Shown in pieces: positions 38,930-53,724 of a stretch of 64,000 nt of DNA; within the stretch, counting starts at the first letter, position 1, and the number at the start of each line of letters is the position of its first letter. The stretch spans positions 45,198,001 through 45,262,000 of the forward strand of contig OZ024754.1 of assembly GCA_964016885.1 (NCBI GenBank), given 5' to 3'. The position numbers and the translations under genes are program-made. Under the pieces are notes generated by a model. That model worked only from the letters and a program-made list of their open reading frames with translations. It searched no databases and was not told the origin of the DNA. Source of the DNA: Eledone cirrhosa. Its lineage: Eukaryota.

Positions 38930-39400
38930 TAGCAATCATCTTGTGTCTCAGTCGTAGACCCCTAATCAGGGATGATATATACTGTGTCACCTTCTCTATT
39001 GGCAACCTGGGTCCAGACTGGTGGGACAATGCCAACTAATGAAACGTCGGTCACTTTCTGAACGGTTTAGAGCCATAGATGTCGTAGTGATGGTACTTGG
39101 TATTCTAAAACTCCGGATCATCTTCCGATTCGCTACTATCAGAGCGGGGTTGATTCTCCGTAAAGGCGACCCCCCATGAGTTGGAATGTCCATTCGAACA
39201 TGTCTCTCACGCCATCCTCCGGGGTAAATTCTCAATATTTTGTTCGCAGGGACCACGAAACATCTTACACACGGGAGCTCACGCACACGAGAGAGCGTCT
39301 ACATTCGGTCCTGGCTCGCAACGCTGGGGCTGCGATGCCGATTCAGTCAATTATAAAAGCTAACCATTTTTACATCTTCCCGTTTACGAAGAAACTTTTT
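38930..39400 (+). mobile_element. GC-rich island, probable non-LTR retroelement 5' region
   Basis: Abrupt GC rise; a decayed HDV-like fold is possible at 38969-39046; no convincing ORF. Confidence 0.3.
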
Positions 39401-40995
39401 TCTGGCTGGGTGATACATAAATGAACCCGACTACATAGATGATTTGGACTGGCTCTGAACGTGTGATCGATGCAGAATATTTTATTGGTTTCAGCAAAAT
39501 ATGTTATCGGTTTTCAACTTTAGTAATGAGCAATTTCTAGATATTCCCAATGAGTCCCAGACAAGGTGGTCTTCAAAGAGATTAAGCTATAAATAAAAAA
39601 AATTGTTACTAGATTTCTAAAAGATTCTTCCTATGTATTTCAAATCATTTTGAATATAATCAAGGTAGTTGTATTGATAGAGAATATTATGCAATATTGT
39701 TTGAGTTTGTGCCAGGGTGCTCTGTTTTCACAACTAACCAGTTAACGGTGTTGTATTTCGTTGTAGTTTTCTTTTTTTATATTGATGTCATAATAAGAGG
39801 AGGGAGATGTGATGTAGAAACCGTTTTAAACTAGATTAATGTATTTGCTTGTGTATCCGATATAAAAAGTGTGTGTGATAGAAAGAGGGGTATAAAATAG
39901 GAGGAATGTCATAGAAATATGTTCCTCTAATACTTTGGTTTCTCTCCCACATAGCTGCTCTCCTTTCTTCTTGGCACAAGTCCAACCTGCCAATACCGTT
40001 ACCAAGCAAAAACGTCATGTGGAGGAACCAGTAATATCATCGGTAACCTCTATCAATAATTAAGTCTAACTGTACAAAACGGTCAAATTTAAATAAATAT
40101 TTATGCATTTCTGTTAAATGTTTGTAACACACTGTTTTCTTATTTCGCTAGAAAGATCTTATCAAACGGTTATTTCAGAAAATATAAATTTGTGTGGATA
40201 ATGTGTAGAAAAGTGTTTGAAGAGAATTATTGAAGTTAGAAGAGTTAGAAAAGGCGAGTGAAGGGATACCAAGAAGTAGAATGAGAATTTGAGAGAGTGT
40301 ATGTTGTCTTCTGGTGAGTTGTGTTCTTTTCGTTAAGTATTTTGTCAAAGGAATTTTATTTGAAAAAAATATGTGTATAAGGAAATAGAGTGATCGTAAG
40401 ATGCAACAGTGAAAACATTCGAGTGGAGTAGAGACGTAAATATGTGGACAAGACACAAGCAGAGGAAGGAATCATAGTTTGAATGAGAAAAAAATAAACA
40501 TTAGCATAGTAAAGGTGGAATGAGATAATATTCAGTTAAGAAATATTTAAACAGTAGTAGGAATGAAAGATAGTATAAGTATTTTTCTGGTATGAGTAAT
40601 AGGAGGTCAGTGAAATATGGCAGCGATATAAAAAACAGATGTGGAGTTAAATTTTAAGATATGAGATAAATAAACGGAGAAAATTTATGTTATTTCGGAT
40701 AAAGGTAGAAACGACATAATATAATCTAAACAAATTTAGTACTCTTCTGTGAGTACTAAAATATCATGTTGTAAACCTTCAATCTATGATTTTAATGAAT
40801 ATTAAATGGGAATTAGCAAGTCTCTCAAAGCAAACGAAATAATCGCTCTTGCTTATACATATATACATACATATATACACACACACGCACGCGCACACAC
40901 ACACGCACGCACGCACGCACGCACGCACGCGCGCAAACACACATATATAATGGGCGTTTATATATATATAATGGGTGTTTATATATATATATATA

Positions 40996-41182
40996 TAATT
41001 GTTTCTACTTTTGGCACAAGGCCAGCAATTACCCAGTGCATTACTGGTACTTTATTTTATCGACCCCGTAAGGATGAAAGGCAAAGTTAACCTCGGCGGG
41101 ATTTGAACTCAGAATGGCAAGGGCCGTAACTCTATGCATCAAAGCATGGCATCCAACCCTCTACCGATACTGCCAATCCACC
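40996..41182 (-). mobile_element. tRNA-derived SINE, young, with long TSD
   Basis: Near-consensus; flanked on both sides by ATAATGGGTGTTTATATATATATATATA (about 40968 and 41185). Confidence 0.93.
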
Positions 41183-41306
41183 ACATAATGGGTGTTTATA
41201 TATATATATATACTTTGTGTGCTAAATGTGATGGTTTTATAATACGACTAAATAAAAATATAAACGGATCACATATAATTTTTCAGACTTTATTCAAATG
41301 TTTCGG

Positions 41307-41348
<42 letters not shown>

Positions 41349-41575
41349 AGTGGAACAAATCCTGGTTGTGAACACTAATCTAATGAGGAATGAAAAAACA
41401 GCTGAACCACGTAATTATAAACTACTGGACCACATAATTATAAAATTACAATAATTTTACTGATTTTTAGAGATAACACATTATCATTGTAAACTTACCC
41501 GCTGGACTGGCAGTATCGCCTCGGTTGCTGCCTCTTTTCATTTATTGAAACTACTAGAAATTCACATTACATATA

Positions 41576-41646
41576 CAGGGTGTCCCGAAAAAATGTATAC
41601 ATCTTTGATTACAATGCAGTTGAAGTGTGATTACATTTTTTTGTGA

Positions 41647-41651
<5 letters not shown>
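41576..41651. mobile_element. Tc1/mariner-type mini-MITE (essentially two TIRs)
   Basis: TA-CAGGGTGTCCCGAAAAAATGTA...TACATTTTTTTGTGACTCTCT; related to 51735-51806. Confidence 0.65.
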
Positions 41652-41711
<60 letters not shown>

Positions 41712-41715
<4 letters not shown>

Positions 41716-41878
41716 GGAAAATGTTTAACTTCGACGGCTATTTCTGGAGTCCAGAAATAACCGTCGAAACGGCTTGAGCTCTGCCGTCGGGGTTAAACAT
41801 TTTCCTATTACCCACTCTACTACCCTAAGTATTGAGTACTCTGGTGCGTTATGGTCCATCTGCTTCCTTACCACACTT
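41712..41878 (+). mobile_element. Fold-back/hammerhead-half element, copy 2
   Basis: ATAGGAAAATGTTTAAC...GTTAAACATTTTCCTAT arms; GAAACGGC...GCCGTC/GGGG; same tail as 21724-21790; 3' end cut by a SINE. Confidence 0.8.
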
Positions 41879-42052
41879 CAGTATCAGTAGAGAGTCGGAC
41901 GCCATGCTTTCCAGCATAGTTACGTCCCTTTACGGTCTGTGTTGAAATCCCGCCGAGGTTAACTTTGCCTTTCATCCTTACGGGGTCGATAAAATAAAGT
42001 ACCAGTAATGTACTGGTTAATTGCTGGCCTTGTGCCAAAAGTAGAAACAATT
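41879..42052 (+). mobile_element. tRNA-derived SINE, slightly 5'-truncated, fused to the fold-back element
   Basis: Matches the consensus from CAGTATC onward. Confidence 0.9.
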
Positions 42053-44016
42053 ATATATATATATACACATAACTTGGGAATTGAACACGGGTCTAGCAGG
42101 TTGACTAGCGCACTTAGTATATAACCAACAGTTATATATCTGTATACCCAAGTTTGCGATAATAGGAAACGATGAAATATAAACATTAAGACAATAAATA
42201 AATCTGAAATAGGGAAAATACGTGAAACAATAAAATAACAAAGAAAAACATATCTATTGATGTATGGATTTGGTTATTGAATTTATGTTAGAGATTCTAA
42301 ATTATGTTTCTAAGTTTGCTATCAGTTTTAAAGCAGTTAACTAAATATCTTAATTCCGTAACGGCAATCGTTTATCTCATGTTTTAATATATATTCTGTT
42401 GCTGATGTTGTTTTTATTTTGTTTATTGGGGGCTCTTTTGCTACATATCTTGCAGTAGAGATGGAGGCCGATTAAAAACGGAAGTTGACGTAGAGGAACG
42501 GACTGGATCATGGGAAAGCTTATCTCCGTTTAATGAGAGCGATAAATCACTGCCTTAGATGGTAATCTGCATATAACTGTTACAGCCGATAGCAAAACTG
42601 TCCAACAAACGTGTTAATTCTCAATAAACATATCGCAATCTGACTTCTAGAATAGTCTCACCCATGCATAAATATATTTTGAGCATGTGTGTGTCTGTGT
42701 GTATGTGGGTACACTTGTATATTTGTCTATGTTGTTTCTGCATTTATTATTTTGAGATGTTTCATTAGCTTTTTGTGCATACATATTCGCTTTTTTATGG
42801 TGAAGTGTATGTGTTATTCATTCGTTCTGCGACTTTTCATTATTTAATTTTCCTTCGGAATAGCATGGTTTATTTACACTATGATATAAAAAAGTTACGA
42901 TATTAGTTTTTTTTAGGTCTGGAGAAGGGTTTCGTTCCATTTTCTTCCTTGTTTCTCGTTTCTCTTTCGTTCATCTTCTTTTGTGTATAAAACTGTTCCT
43001 GTCTCAGATAATTGTCGATCGGCTGATTGAGATCAGAGATTAAGGATCAAGTTTCAGGGACCATCGTCATGATATAGACATTAATTTACATTGCTGAAGA
43101 TTAAATATGAGGTATTCAAAACATACCAACTATTTATTCAAGTGACACTTTAAAAAGGAAATATATTTAAAGATTTTGTGAATGCCTCGGTATTGGAAAT
43201 ATGTGACCTTATTGTATGGGTATATGATCACGAGTATAAACTATCTATGTCTACATTATGTATCCTTACATATCTAAAATTATAAGGAGTGGTTTAACGA
43301 CAATTTGGCTACTATTTTCAATAGCTTGAGCGACCATTTTGTCATGTGTCATGTTGATATATAGTTTTTGACTATATCCGAATTAACTCTTTATAACAAG
43401 AAATATAAAATACACATATTTCACCCGTGACTAATCCGTCATTTAAAAGTCTACAATTATTAATGTTGTATTTCCTCAATTCATATATGCCTGTGAAAGC
43501 GACCGGTTTTACTGCAATTTCTAGGAAGCGTAGAAACCATGAGGATGTTTCCTACTTGTTGACTTCATTTTGTTGTTACTACTGTCATTACAGATTTTAT
43601 TGTTAAGAATGTTGTTCTAGTAATGATCCTACAGTATAGAATCTATACTGATACCTTTCTTGCTTTTTTCCTTCGTGTTTTTGTAGATTTGATTGGGTAA
43701 CGCCGGCTGATACTATACATAATTGCAAATATTATTATAAAGCCATACTGCAAATATCAAAGACTCACAGAACTGTGCTCGATAATACAGTAACAACACG
43801 CAATAAAAATTAGAAATAATATGAATTAAAAATAATTCGAAGAGAAACATCTTCGGTAAAATATTAACAGCGTCAAGATTAAATAGTGTCTCGAATAAAA
43901 CATACATAACTGCAAGCATACATATATAGTTGCACTCAGAAACAGACTCACAAATACACACACGCACACACAGTGACACACAGAAACACATTTATACACA
44001 CAGATATATAGACAAA

Positions 44017-44033
44017 TATATATATGTATATAC

Positions 44034-44119
<86 letters not shown>

Positions 44120-44438
44120 ATGTATATATATATATATATGTGTGTATGTATATATATATATATATGTGTGTATGTATATATATATATGTGTGTATGTATA
44201 TATATATATATATGTGTGTATGTATATATATATATATATGTGTGTATGTATATATATATATATATGTTGTGTGTATGTATATATATATATATATGTGTGT
44301 GTATGTATATATATATATATATGTGTGTATGTATATATATATATATATATATGTGTGTATGTATATATATATATATATATGTGTGTATGTATATATATTA
44401 TATATATATGTGTGTATGTATATATATATATGTGTATG

Positions 44439-44472
<34 letters not shown>

Positions 44473-44474
44473 TA
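44017..44474. repeat. Compound (TA)nTGTGTGTATG higher-order microsatellite
   Basis: Direct reading. Confidence 0.95.
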
Positions 44475-44724
44475 GTATTAAGGATACTATTTATGGTTAT
44501 GTATATACTAAAACCATTTATAGTTATATATATATTATACCCTAAATAGTGAAAGACAGTAATTTATTACTATCTTATTACCAGTAAGATAAATAGCTCA
44601 ATGTAACAACATCAGTTGTTTTACAGAAGACTCCAGAACCTTGGTTTGGAAGAAACAATTGTAAGCAAATAAATGATTTAAACAGAACTTTGTTTCATGT
44701 AATCTCTATATATGTATATATGTA

Positions 44725-44755
<31 letters not shown>

Positions 44756-45199
44756 TTAGGTTGAAGGTTCACCACTGATAGAGTGAATATTCAAACAACA
44801 AAACAGCGAAAGACGCGTTCCGGACTTGTCCGACAGACAACCTTTTCCCCCACCCCGGAAAAAACCCCAGTTGATGGATGTGAATTCGAAATATATAGGG
44901 ACTATTAAATCTCTCCCAAGGTAACTCCCTCTTGTGTTGTTATTTTTATTTTAACCTTTATACTCTTCCTTCATTCTACACATTTCACACATCTTATTCA
45001 CACCACGCATCTCACGTACACCCAATTACATCTCTCTCTCCACCACCGGACCTTGTTACCCGGAGATTTACCCATTTGCATTGTCGAGGCTTCCAAACGA
45101 CTTAAAGATATATATATATATATTAATATATATATATATATTAATATATATATATATATTAATATATATATATATATTAATATATATATATATAATATA

Positions 45200-45335
45200 T
45201 TATCAGTTATAATAATATTTGCTTGTTGTATCCCAACAATTTAAATTGAACTTTTGCATATATATATATATATATATTATCAGTTATAATAATATTTGCT
45301 TGTTGTATCCCAACAATTTAAATTGAACTTTTGCA
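45200..45335. repeat. Perfect 59-bp direct duplication separated by (TA)n
   Basis: TTATCAGTTATAATAATATTTGCTTGTTGTATCCCAACAATTTAAATTGAACTTTTGCA at 45200-45258 and 45277-45335. Confidence 0.9.
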
Positions 45336-45768
45336 TATATATAATATATATAATAATATATATAGATATATAGATAGAGAGACAGATAGAAAGGTAGACA
45401 TGTAGGTAGATTGAGAGATATAAATAGGGAGATAGATATATGAATTTGATAGCTAGATGGATAGATTGATAGAGAGAGGTACATTTAAAACTAAAATAAC
45501 AACAAATACAACAACAGCAAATGTGGTAAAGCAATGATTTATTGAATTGTTGAAAAACTAAAGAGTAGTTTACGACAGAGGTATCAAAAGTGTCTATAGC
45601 CTCTGTCAAACGGGATTCCATTAGAACTTGAACACATCTGTATGTTAACCGTGTACATGACTATATATATGTGTTCGGGTATTTATATGCGATTGTGCAA
45701 GAAATTGACTTTTGTTTGTGTTGAAAGGTGGCTGAGGAAATATAATTATTTGTATGTGGTTGTATATG

Positions 45769-46815
45769 CAATTGTGGACTGGGTCTAAAAATATTGGTTG
45801 CCAGGAGATGAAGGGGGCCCACCTACATATAGAATGCTATCATTTAATTTTTATAATGAATAAATAACATTTTCGAAAAATACATAAGTAGAAACAATAC
45901 AATGCAATCAAATTTTTGCGTGAAAATATCTTACCTTCTCCAATAAAAAATATTACGTATTTTGCGAATCCAGAGACTTTCAATAATGACCAGAAGTCGA
46001 CCCTAAATATTACTAATAACTCTAGGAAAGCCATGAACGACACCGCATCTTTATAACTTTGATTTTGAAAGTAGGTTTATAATTATTAATTTTCATTATA
46101 CTTTTGTAGCTGTCTCGGTGGCCTAATTAGAGGAGTCATAGACGGTGGTGATCCGGGTCTGAAGTTCGATCCTGGTCGGAAGTAGGGTTCCCGGTAAACC
46201 TTTTCAGTTTTTTTCTATTGGTTGTAAAATAAAAACTGAAAAGGTTACATGTACCTCTAGGCCAGGATCGAACCCAAGGCCAGGATCTCCATCGTCTCTA
46301 AGCCACAGAGACAGCTACGAAGATTTTATGAAAATTCATACTTAAAAACCTACTTTCAAAATTTTCAATCCAAATTAATGCGGTGTCGTTCATGTCTTTC
46401 TTAATGTTATTGCTCCAACAGTAGTTCGTGTGTAAGTATATAAATATATATATATGATTGTGTCAGTGTCTATATATGTAATATGTATGTTTGCATGCAT
46501 GAATGAATACATTAAGCTTTAGATTTAGTAGAATGTACAACCACTGATTCTAGCTATCTGCACTCATATATTTTGGTTTCTAGTAATTCCCTGGGGAATT
46601 GGTCGACCAAATGCTTTGCTTAATTGTTTTATTTATTTTTTTTTAAATGTTATTCTTTCTCCCAGATTTCATGTATTTTTTGAAACTAAAGCATTGGCCC
46701 CTAAAATACTACAGTGGGCCCAGCAATGCTACTGTGGGCTCTTGCAATGCCACCTTGGGCTCCCTGGAACCTACTTGCCATGGGGTAACCTGGCAACCTG
46801 GCCAGTCCGCCACTG
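45769..46815 (+). mobile_element. ~1.05-kb non-autonomous hAT-like element with fold-back twin tRNA-like cassettes; copy 2
   Basis: TIRs CAATTGTGGACTGG / CCAGTCCGCCACTG (11/14); TATATG on both flanks; 45769-46416 matches the reverse complement of 12862-13494. Confidence 0.75.
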
Positions 46816-47921
46816 TATATGGTCAGTTAAAATCGTCCATTGGAAATAGATTCCTCTGTTATATCAGGGAGAAATGCTAGACTTTTATAAATTTCGGTGA
46901 TAACACGTTACAACTGATTATAACGACTAATACTGAAGATTGGATTAATGCCGGAGACGAGATGTATCACCAGCGACACTGAATCAACATATGTGATGAG
47001 ATGGTATTACATGGGGTGGTATTCTGATGGTACTATATGTGATAAATACTAATTTGTGACAGAAATATTAACAGATACACAAGCATAACGCCAGGATTTA
47101 TGGATATTAACAGGATAATAAATGATAGAAATACTATTCACACTATTGCGTGTATAAATGTTAGTTATATAAAGTGAGAGAAACAAAATAAAGATTATAA
47201 TACATCTATCCTATGTGCATTGAGAAGTGAAAGGTTGTTTAGTGATAAACAAGAAATATGAATACGGCTTGTAAGAATATAATAATCGCTGATTATTCCT
47301 CTTCCAACCGCCTTTAGCGAGGTTGGTAAGTCGCCAATTGGTGTAACACGCCACTTATCTTTTATTCTTATCGACCAGAGATAAAACACTGACCAATAAT
47401 ATGTAACTATGTGAAAGGTTTTATAAGCCCAATACAATAACTTCACTGTTTTCAAATCTTGTAAACATGGAAGAAATAACGCTGTCAACACCACCATTAT
47501 GTCCCCAAATCGATATTTCTAGTTGTTGCTGTATTTTGTGTTCTTTTTATTGATTTCATTGTGTTTCTTATATTTGATTAGTGTATATGACAAAACTGAT
47601 CACGAAGTATCTACTCGGTTCAATCAAACATTATATATCTAAAATACGATATGGACTAGAGTTTAACGCGATATGGTGGAATCTGAGATATACATGTCTA
47701 GTAATAGTTACATATCCAGAGACGAGGTAGTTGCTCCGTGTTTGACTTATAAAGGCCAAATGTTAATAATGGTGGTTTCTTGTTTTAACAAGAAACATCA
47801 CAAATGGCATTGTTTTTCACAATGGAAAGAATTATCAACTTGACGTAAAGCACGAAAATGACCGTTGACATTGAACACAGTATTTATACAAGCTGAGATA
47901 GATCCCGTATCATTATCGCAG

Positions 47922-48005
<84 letters not shown>

Positions 48006-48347
48006 ATATATGCATGTATGTATGTAAGGTTATTGCAGTCACAAAGAACCGCACATACATCAAAGAAATGGAGGGACACATACACACACTCACGTACATA
48101 ACAAGCCACCCACCACCACACACGCACTTATATATATATATATATGTGTGTGTCTATAATTATATATATATATATATATGTGTGTGTATATGTATATATA
48201 TATATATGTATATATATGCGTGTGTATGTGTGTTAATATATGTGTGGGTGTGTATATATGTGTCATATATGTATATATATATATGATTATGCATTGAAAA
48301 CAGGAATGGCATTCAGTTTATTCATCTTCATAAAGGATATTTAAATA

Positions 48348-48524
48348 TTGGCAGTATTCGTAGAGCGCCAGACGCCATGCTTTACAGCAAAGAGTTACGG
48401 CCCTTTATGGTCTGAGTTCAAGTCTAGCCGATGTTAACTTTGCCTTTCATCCTTACGGGATCGATAATATAAAGTACCAGTAATACACTGGGATAATTGC
48501 GTGTCAAAGGCAGAAATAATTATT
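48348..48524 (+). mobile_element. tRNA-derived SINE
   Basis: Matches the family consensus, moderately diverged. Confidence 0.88.
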
Positions 48525-49018
48525 AAATATATAAGCTTATTTGGAAACAATTCCGTTCCCATATTCATGTTTCAATATTTCTATGTATTAAATACTTACA
48601 CATAGATATGAACAGCTAGGTTTGTGGCCTTGTATACTTCTCCACAAAGAATACACTCCTATCGCTCCCCATCTCTATTCCACTCTTTCTACCCGCCGCC
48701 TCGTTCCGCCAACTGCTTCATTCCATCACCGATTTCACAATTCCCACTAATTCTTTATATTGTTACATGTTCTCTTTCTATTTTGTGTCTTAACGGTAAA
48801 CATTCATTCAACAACATGTTGCCATCTCACTCCTTCCTTTTTCTTACACTAATTGGATAAACGTTTTAACCAGAAACGTCAGATTCTTTACACTTTTCCC
48901 ACTCGTCGTAAATACACCGACTATACACACAAGAAACCCGATTCCTCTAACACTTTTTATTTATTTGTCATAAAATCTCACGTTTCAATAGTTCGTTTTC
49001 CTCTTTAAGTTGAGTTGT

Positions 49019-49080
<62 letters not shown>

Positions 49081-49215
49081 GTTTATATATATATATAGGT
49101 TTATATATATATATATATATAGGTTTATATATATATATATATATAGGTTTATATATATATATATACATATGTTTATATATATATATATATACATAGGTTT
49201 ATATATACATAGGTT

Positions 49216-49261
<46 letters not shown>

Positions 49262-49267
49262 TATGTG

Positions 49268-49321
<54 letters not shown>

Positions 49322-49781
49322 TATGTGTATATATATATATATATATATATGTATAAATATATATGTATACACATATATATTTATACATGTATATATATAT
49401 ATATGTATATATGAATATATGTGTGTGTGTGTTTGTATACACATGCAATCATAAAAGACGTATAACTCGACATTTTTATTTGTTTATAGTCAATTATATA
49501 TGGGAAATAGAATATTAAAGGAGACAATCTCGTTAGATATATAACTTTAACAGGCGACAGCCATTATTGTAGATAATATCAAAACATTTAATATAATTCA
49601 TAGCTGGGTATAGAATTCGCAACAAATTTTATATCAGATTATGTTTTGGGGTTTTTCCACAAAACTTCATTTATATTTCTTTCTAATTTCCCTTCTTAAA
49701 TAATATTTAGCATATTATCCATTGTATTTGGTTTATTTCCTCTTGGTTGTACATATACTCAACGCATACATATATATACGT

Positions 49782-51120
<1,339 letters not shown>

Positions 51121-51165
51121 TGTATGTTTATAGGTATGTATATACGTCTACATATTCACACTTGT

Positions 51166-51202
<37 letters not shown>

Positions 51203-51657
51203 TATATATATATATACACATAAATACATATATATATGTACATGATTGCTTATGGGTGTGATAATGTGATAATTGACTGAATGTATATATTGATATAGAT
51301 GTATGTATTTACATTTATATATACACATACATATAGTCACAAAAACGTACATTCTTGAATGCATTCGTTAAATAATTGATATTTTCTATGCTGAAGTTAT
51401 TTTCTTTTATCCCTATAGTTTTCTCAGCCAAGCAACCTATATCAATACACACACTCACAAACTCGGACACAGACACTCATACATAGAGAAATACTTAGAA
51501 ACTCTTATATGTTTATTCATACATTCACACATATCTATATCTATTTTCAGAAGTATAATATGTGGGAAAAAAACAAATACCTCACCGACAAGAAAATTTC
51601 ATTATAGAAGAATATAACATTTTGAAATATCTCCATTTTTACTACAGATCTCTGTTT

Positions 51658-51734
<77 letters not shown>

Positions 51735-51737
<3 letters not shown>

Positions 51738-51806
51738 GTGTGCCCAAAAATGTATATACACTTCAAAAGCAGTCTAATAATTATGTGTATACACTTTTTG
51801 GGAAAC
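51735..51806. mobile_element. Tc1/mariner-type mini-MITE
   Basis: TA-CAGGTGTGCCCAAAAATGTATATACAC...GTGTATACACTTTTTGGGAAAC. Confidence 0.65.
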
Positions 51807-51808
51807 GA

Positions 51809-51876
<68 letters not shown>

Positions 51877-52188
51877 GAGTCAGTAATATACTTTACATCT
51901 CAATGAATAATATCATTTAGAACATTATTCAGAGAAACTTATAAATATTAACCTGAAATAAGTCTCAGAATTGACTGTAGGGAAGATCATATTAGAGTAC
52001 CTTATAATAAAGGAAACCCATATGTGTATCACCCAACAGGCCAAATACACTGTTAAGTTAAGCAAGCTAAATATCTAGGGCCTAACGAATGTTTTCCCTC
52101 TGAATATAGTTTCACAAACTAAAGCCACTGAATTAATTAAGATAGTATACTGTCTTTTGGGACACTCTGTGTATATATATATGTATAT

Positions 52189-52292
52189 AACGAAGGAAAT
52201 GTGGTAAGGAACCAGATGGACCATAACGCACCAACGTACTCAATACTTAGGGTAGTAGAGTGTGTAATAGGAACGAGTAGGACCCCGACGGC
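52189..52292 (-). mobile_element. Fold-back family copy truncated in hammerhead helix III (no inverted arm)
   Basis: Reverse complement GCCGTCGGGGTCCTACTCGTTCCTATTACACACTCTACTACCC...CCACATTTCCTTCGTT matches 21698-21801; lies within (TA)n. Confidence 0.85.
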
Positions 52293-52464
52293 ATATATAT
52301 ATATATATATATTATATAATTGAATAAACAAGAGAGATGAACACTAATATAAACATACATGTGTTCGAATATATATATATATATATAAGTGAGTGTGTGT
52401 GTGTGGGGGGGGATTATATGTATTTATATATATGTATGTATATATGTATATATATATATATATA

Positions 52465-52505
<41 letters not shown>

Positions 52506-52522
52506 TCTATAATATATATATC

Positions 52523-52588
<66 letters not shown>

Positions 52589-53552
52589 AAGGAGTATATA
52601 TAATTCAAGACAGGAAGAATAGTACAGACAATTCGTTGGATAAGCAAGTTTTATTTCCCAAACCAATTTATACGTTCTTCTCTGATATACATTGATATCT
52701 CTCATACTCACATGCACATTCCCCAGGCACATACACACACACATACACCCATACACACACATATACACCCACACACCCACACACACACTCACATGATGGG
52801 TGTATATCTATTTTATATAGATATTCACGGATACACATACATCTTCTGAAAATCATACTTATGGCTACTAGAGTATGTTTGAGACATAGCTGTGACGTTA
52901 CAGTTCACACGGTGTGATCTTTACTAAATAAATGTGTAAAAATACTACTTTGGTAACGTTTATCGTGTTACGAAGCTCTGAAATTTTCCATTGAATTAGT
53001 GTGAAAGAAACTAATTGCTACACATCTGCAGATTTAGAGAGTGGGCAGAAAAAGAAAGAAACTCTTGCAAGTTATTTCTTCCCATTTACAGGTATTTACA
53101 ACATACATATTAGTATATGTGCAAGACGATGGGAATTCTAACTATGCGGATATGTCTTCTGTGTGTGAATTGCTGTCTGTGTGACAATAATTAACAGTGA
53201 AGGAAGAAAACAAATGTTCATTGGAAAATCCTAATGCCGTACTTCTTTCTAGCAGAGGTAGACCGCAATAACTTCGGAGGTAATGTATATCCGATAGGAG
53301 AGGACCATTAACCAAGTAATAATTTATTTTATGTACCCAGAAAGATCGTATGGTAAAGCCTACTTCAGGACGGTTTGAAATCTGAAAGGAGAATGAGAAA
53401 TATTACATAATATTTATAATACGGCTCAAATTAAAAATGGATGTTCACGGCAGAAAAGTTTGTGAAAAAAACCAACTTGTTGCTACAGAAAACACATTTC
53501 AACTAATCGTAGGAATTTTCTTTTATTTTAGTAGAATACTTCTACAAATATA

Positions 53553-53724
53553 TAATAGTTTCTACTTTGGCACAAGGCCAGCAATTATTCCAGTACATTA
53601 CTGGTACTTTATTTTATCGACCCCGTAAGGATGAAAAGCAAAGTGAACCTCGGTGGGATTTGAACTCAGATCGTAAAGGGACGTAACTGCAAAGCATGGC
53701 GTCCGACCTTCTACCGATACTGCC
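53553..53724 (-). mobile_element. tRNA-derived SINE
   Basis: Reverse complement of the family consensus. Confidence 0.9.

Noticed and set aside
39953-40041. Possible small exon (pyrimidine tract-AG ... GT)
   Set aside because: No recognisable peptide or partner exons; such signals arise by chance
46107-46190. tRNA gene
   Set aside because: A/B-box-like motifs are present but I see no convincing cloverleaf, and it lies inside a repeated element
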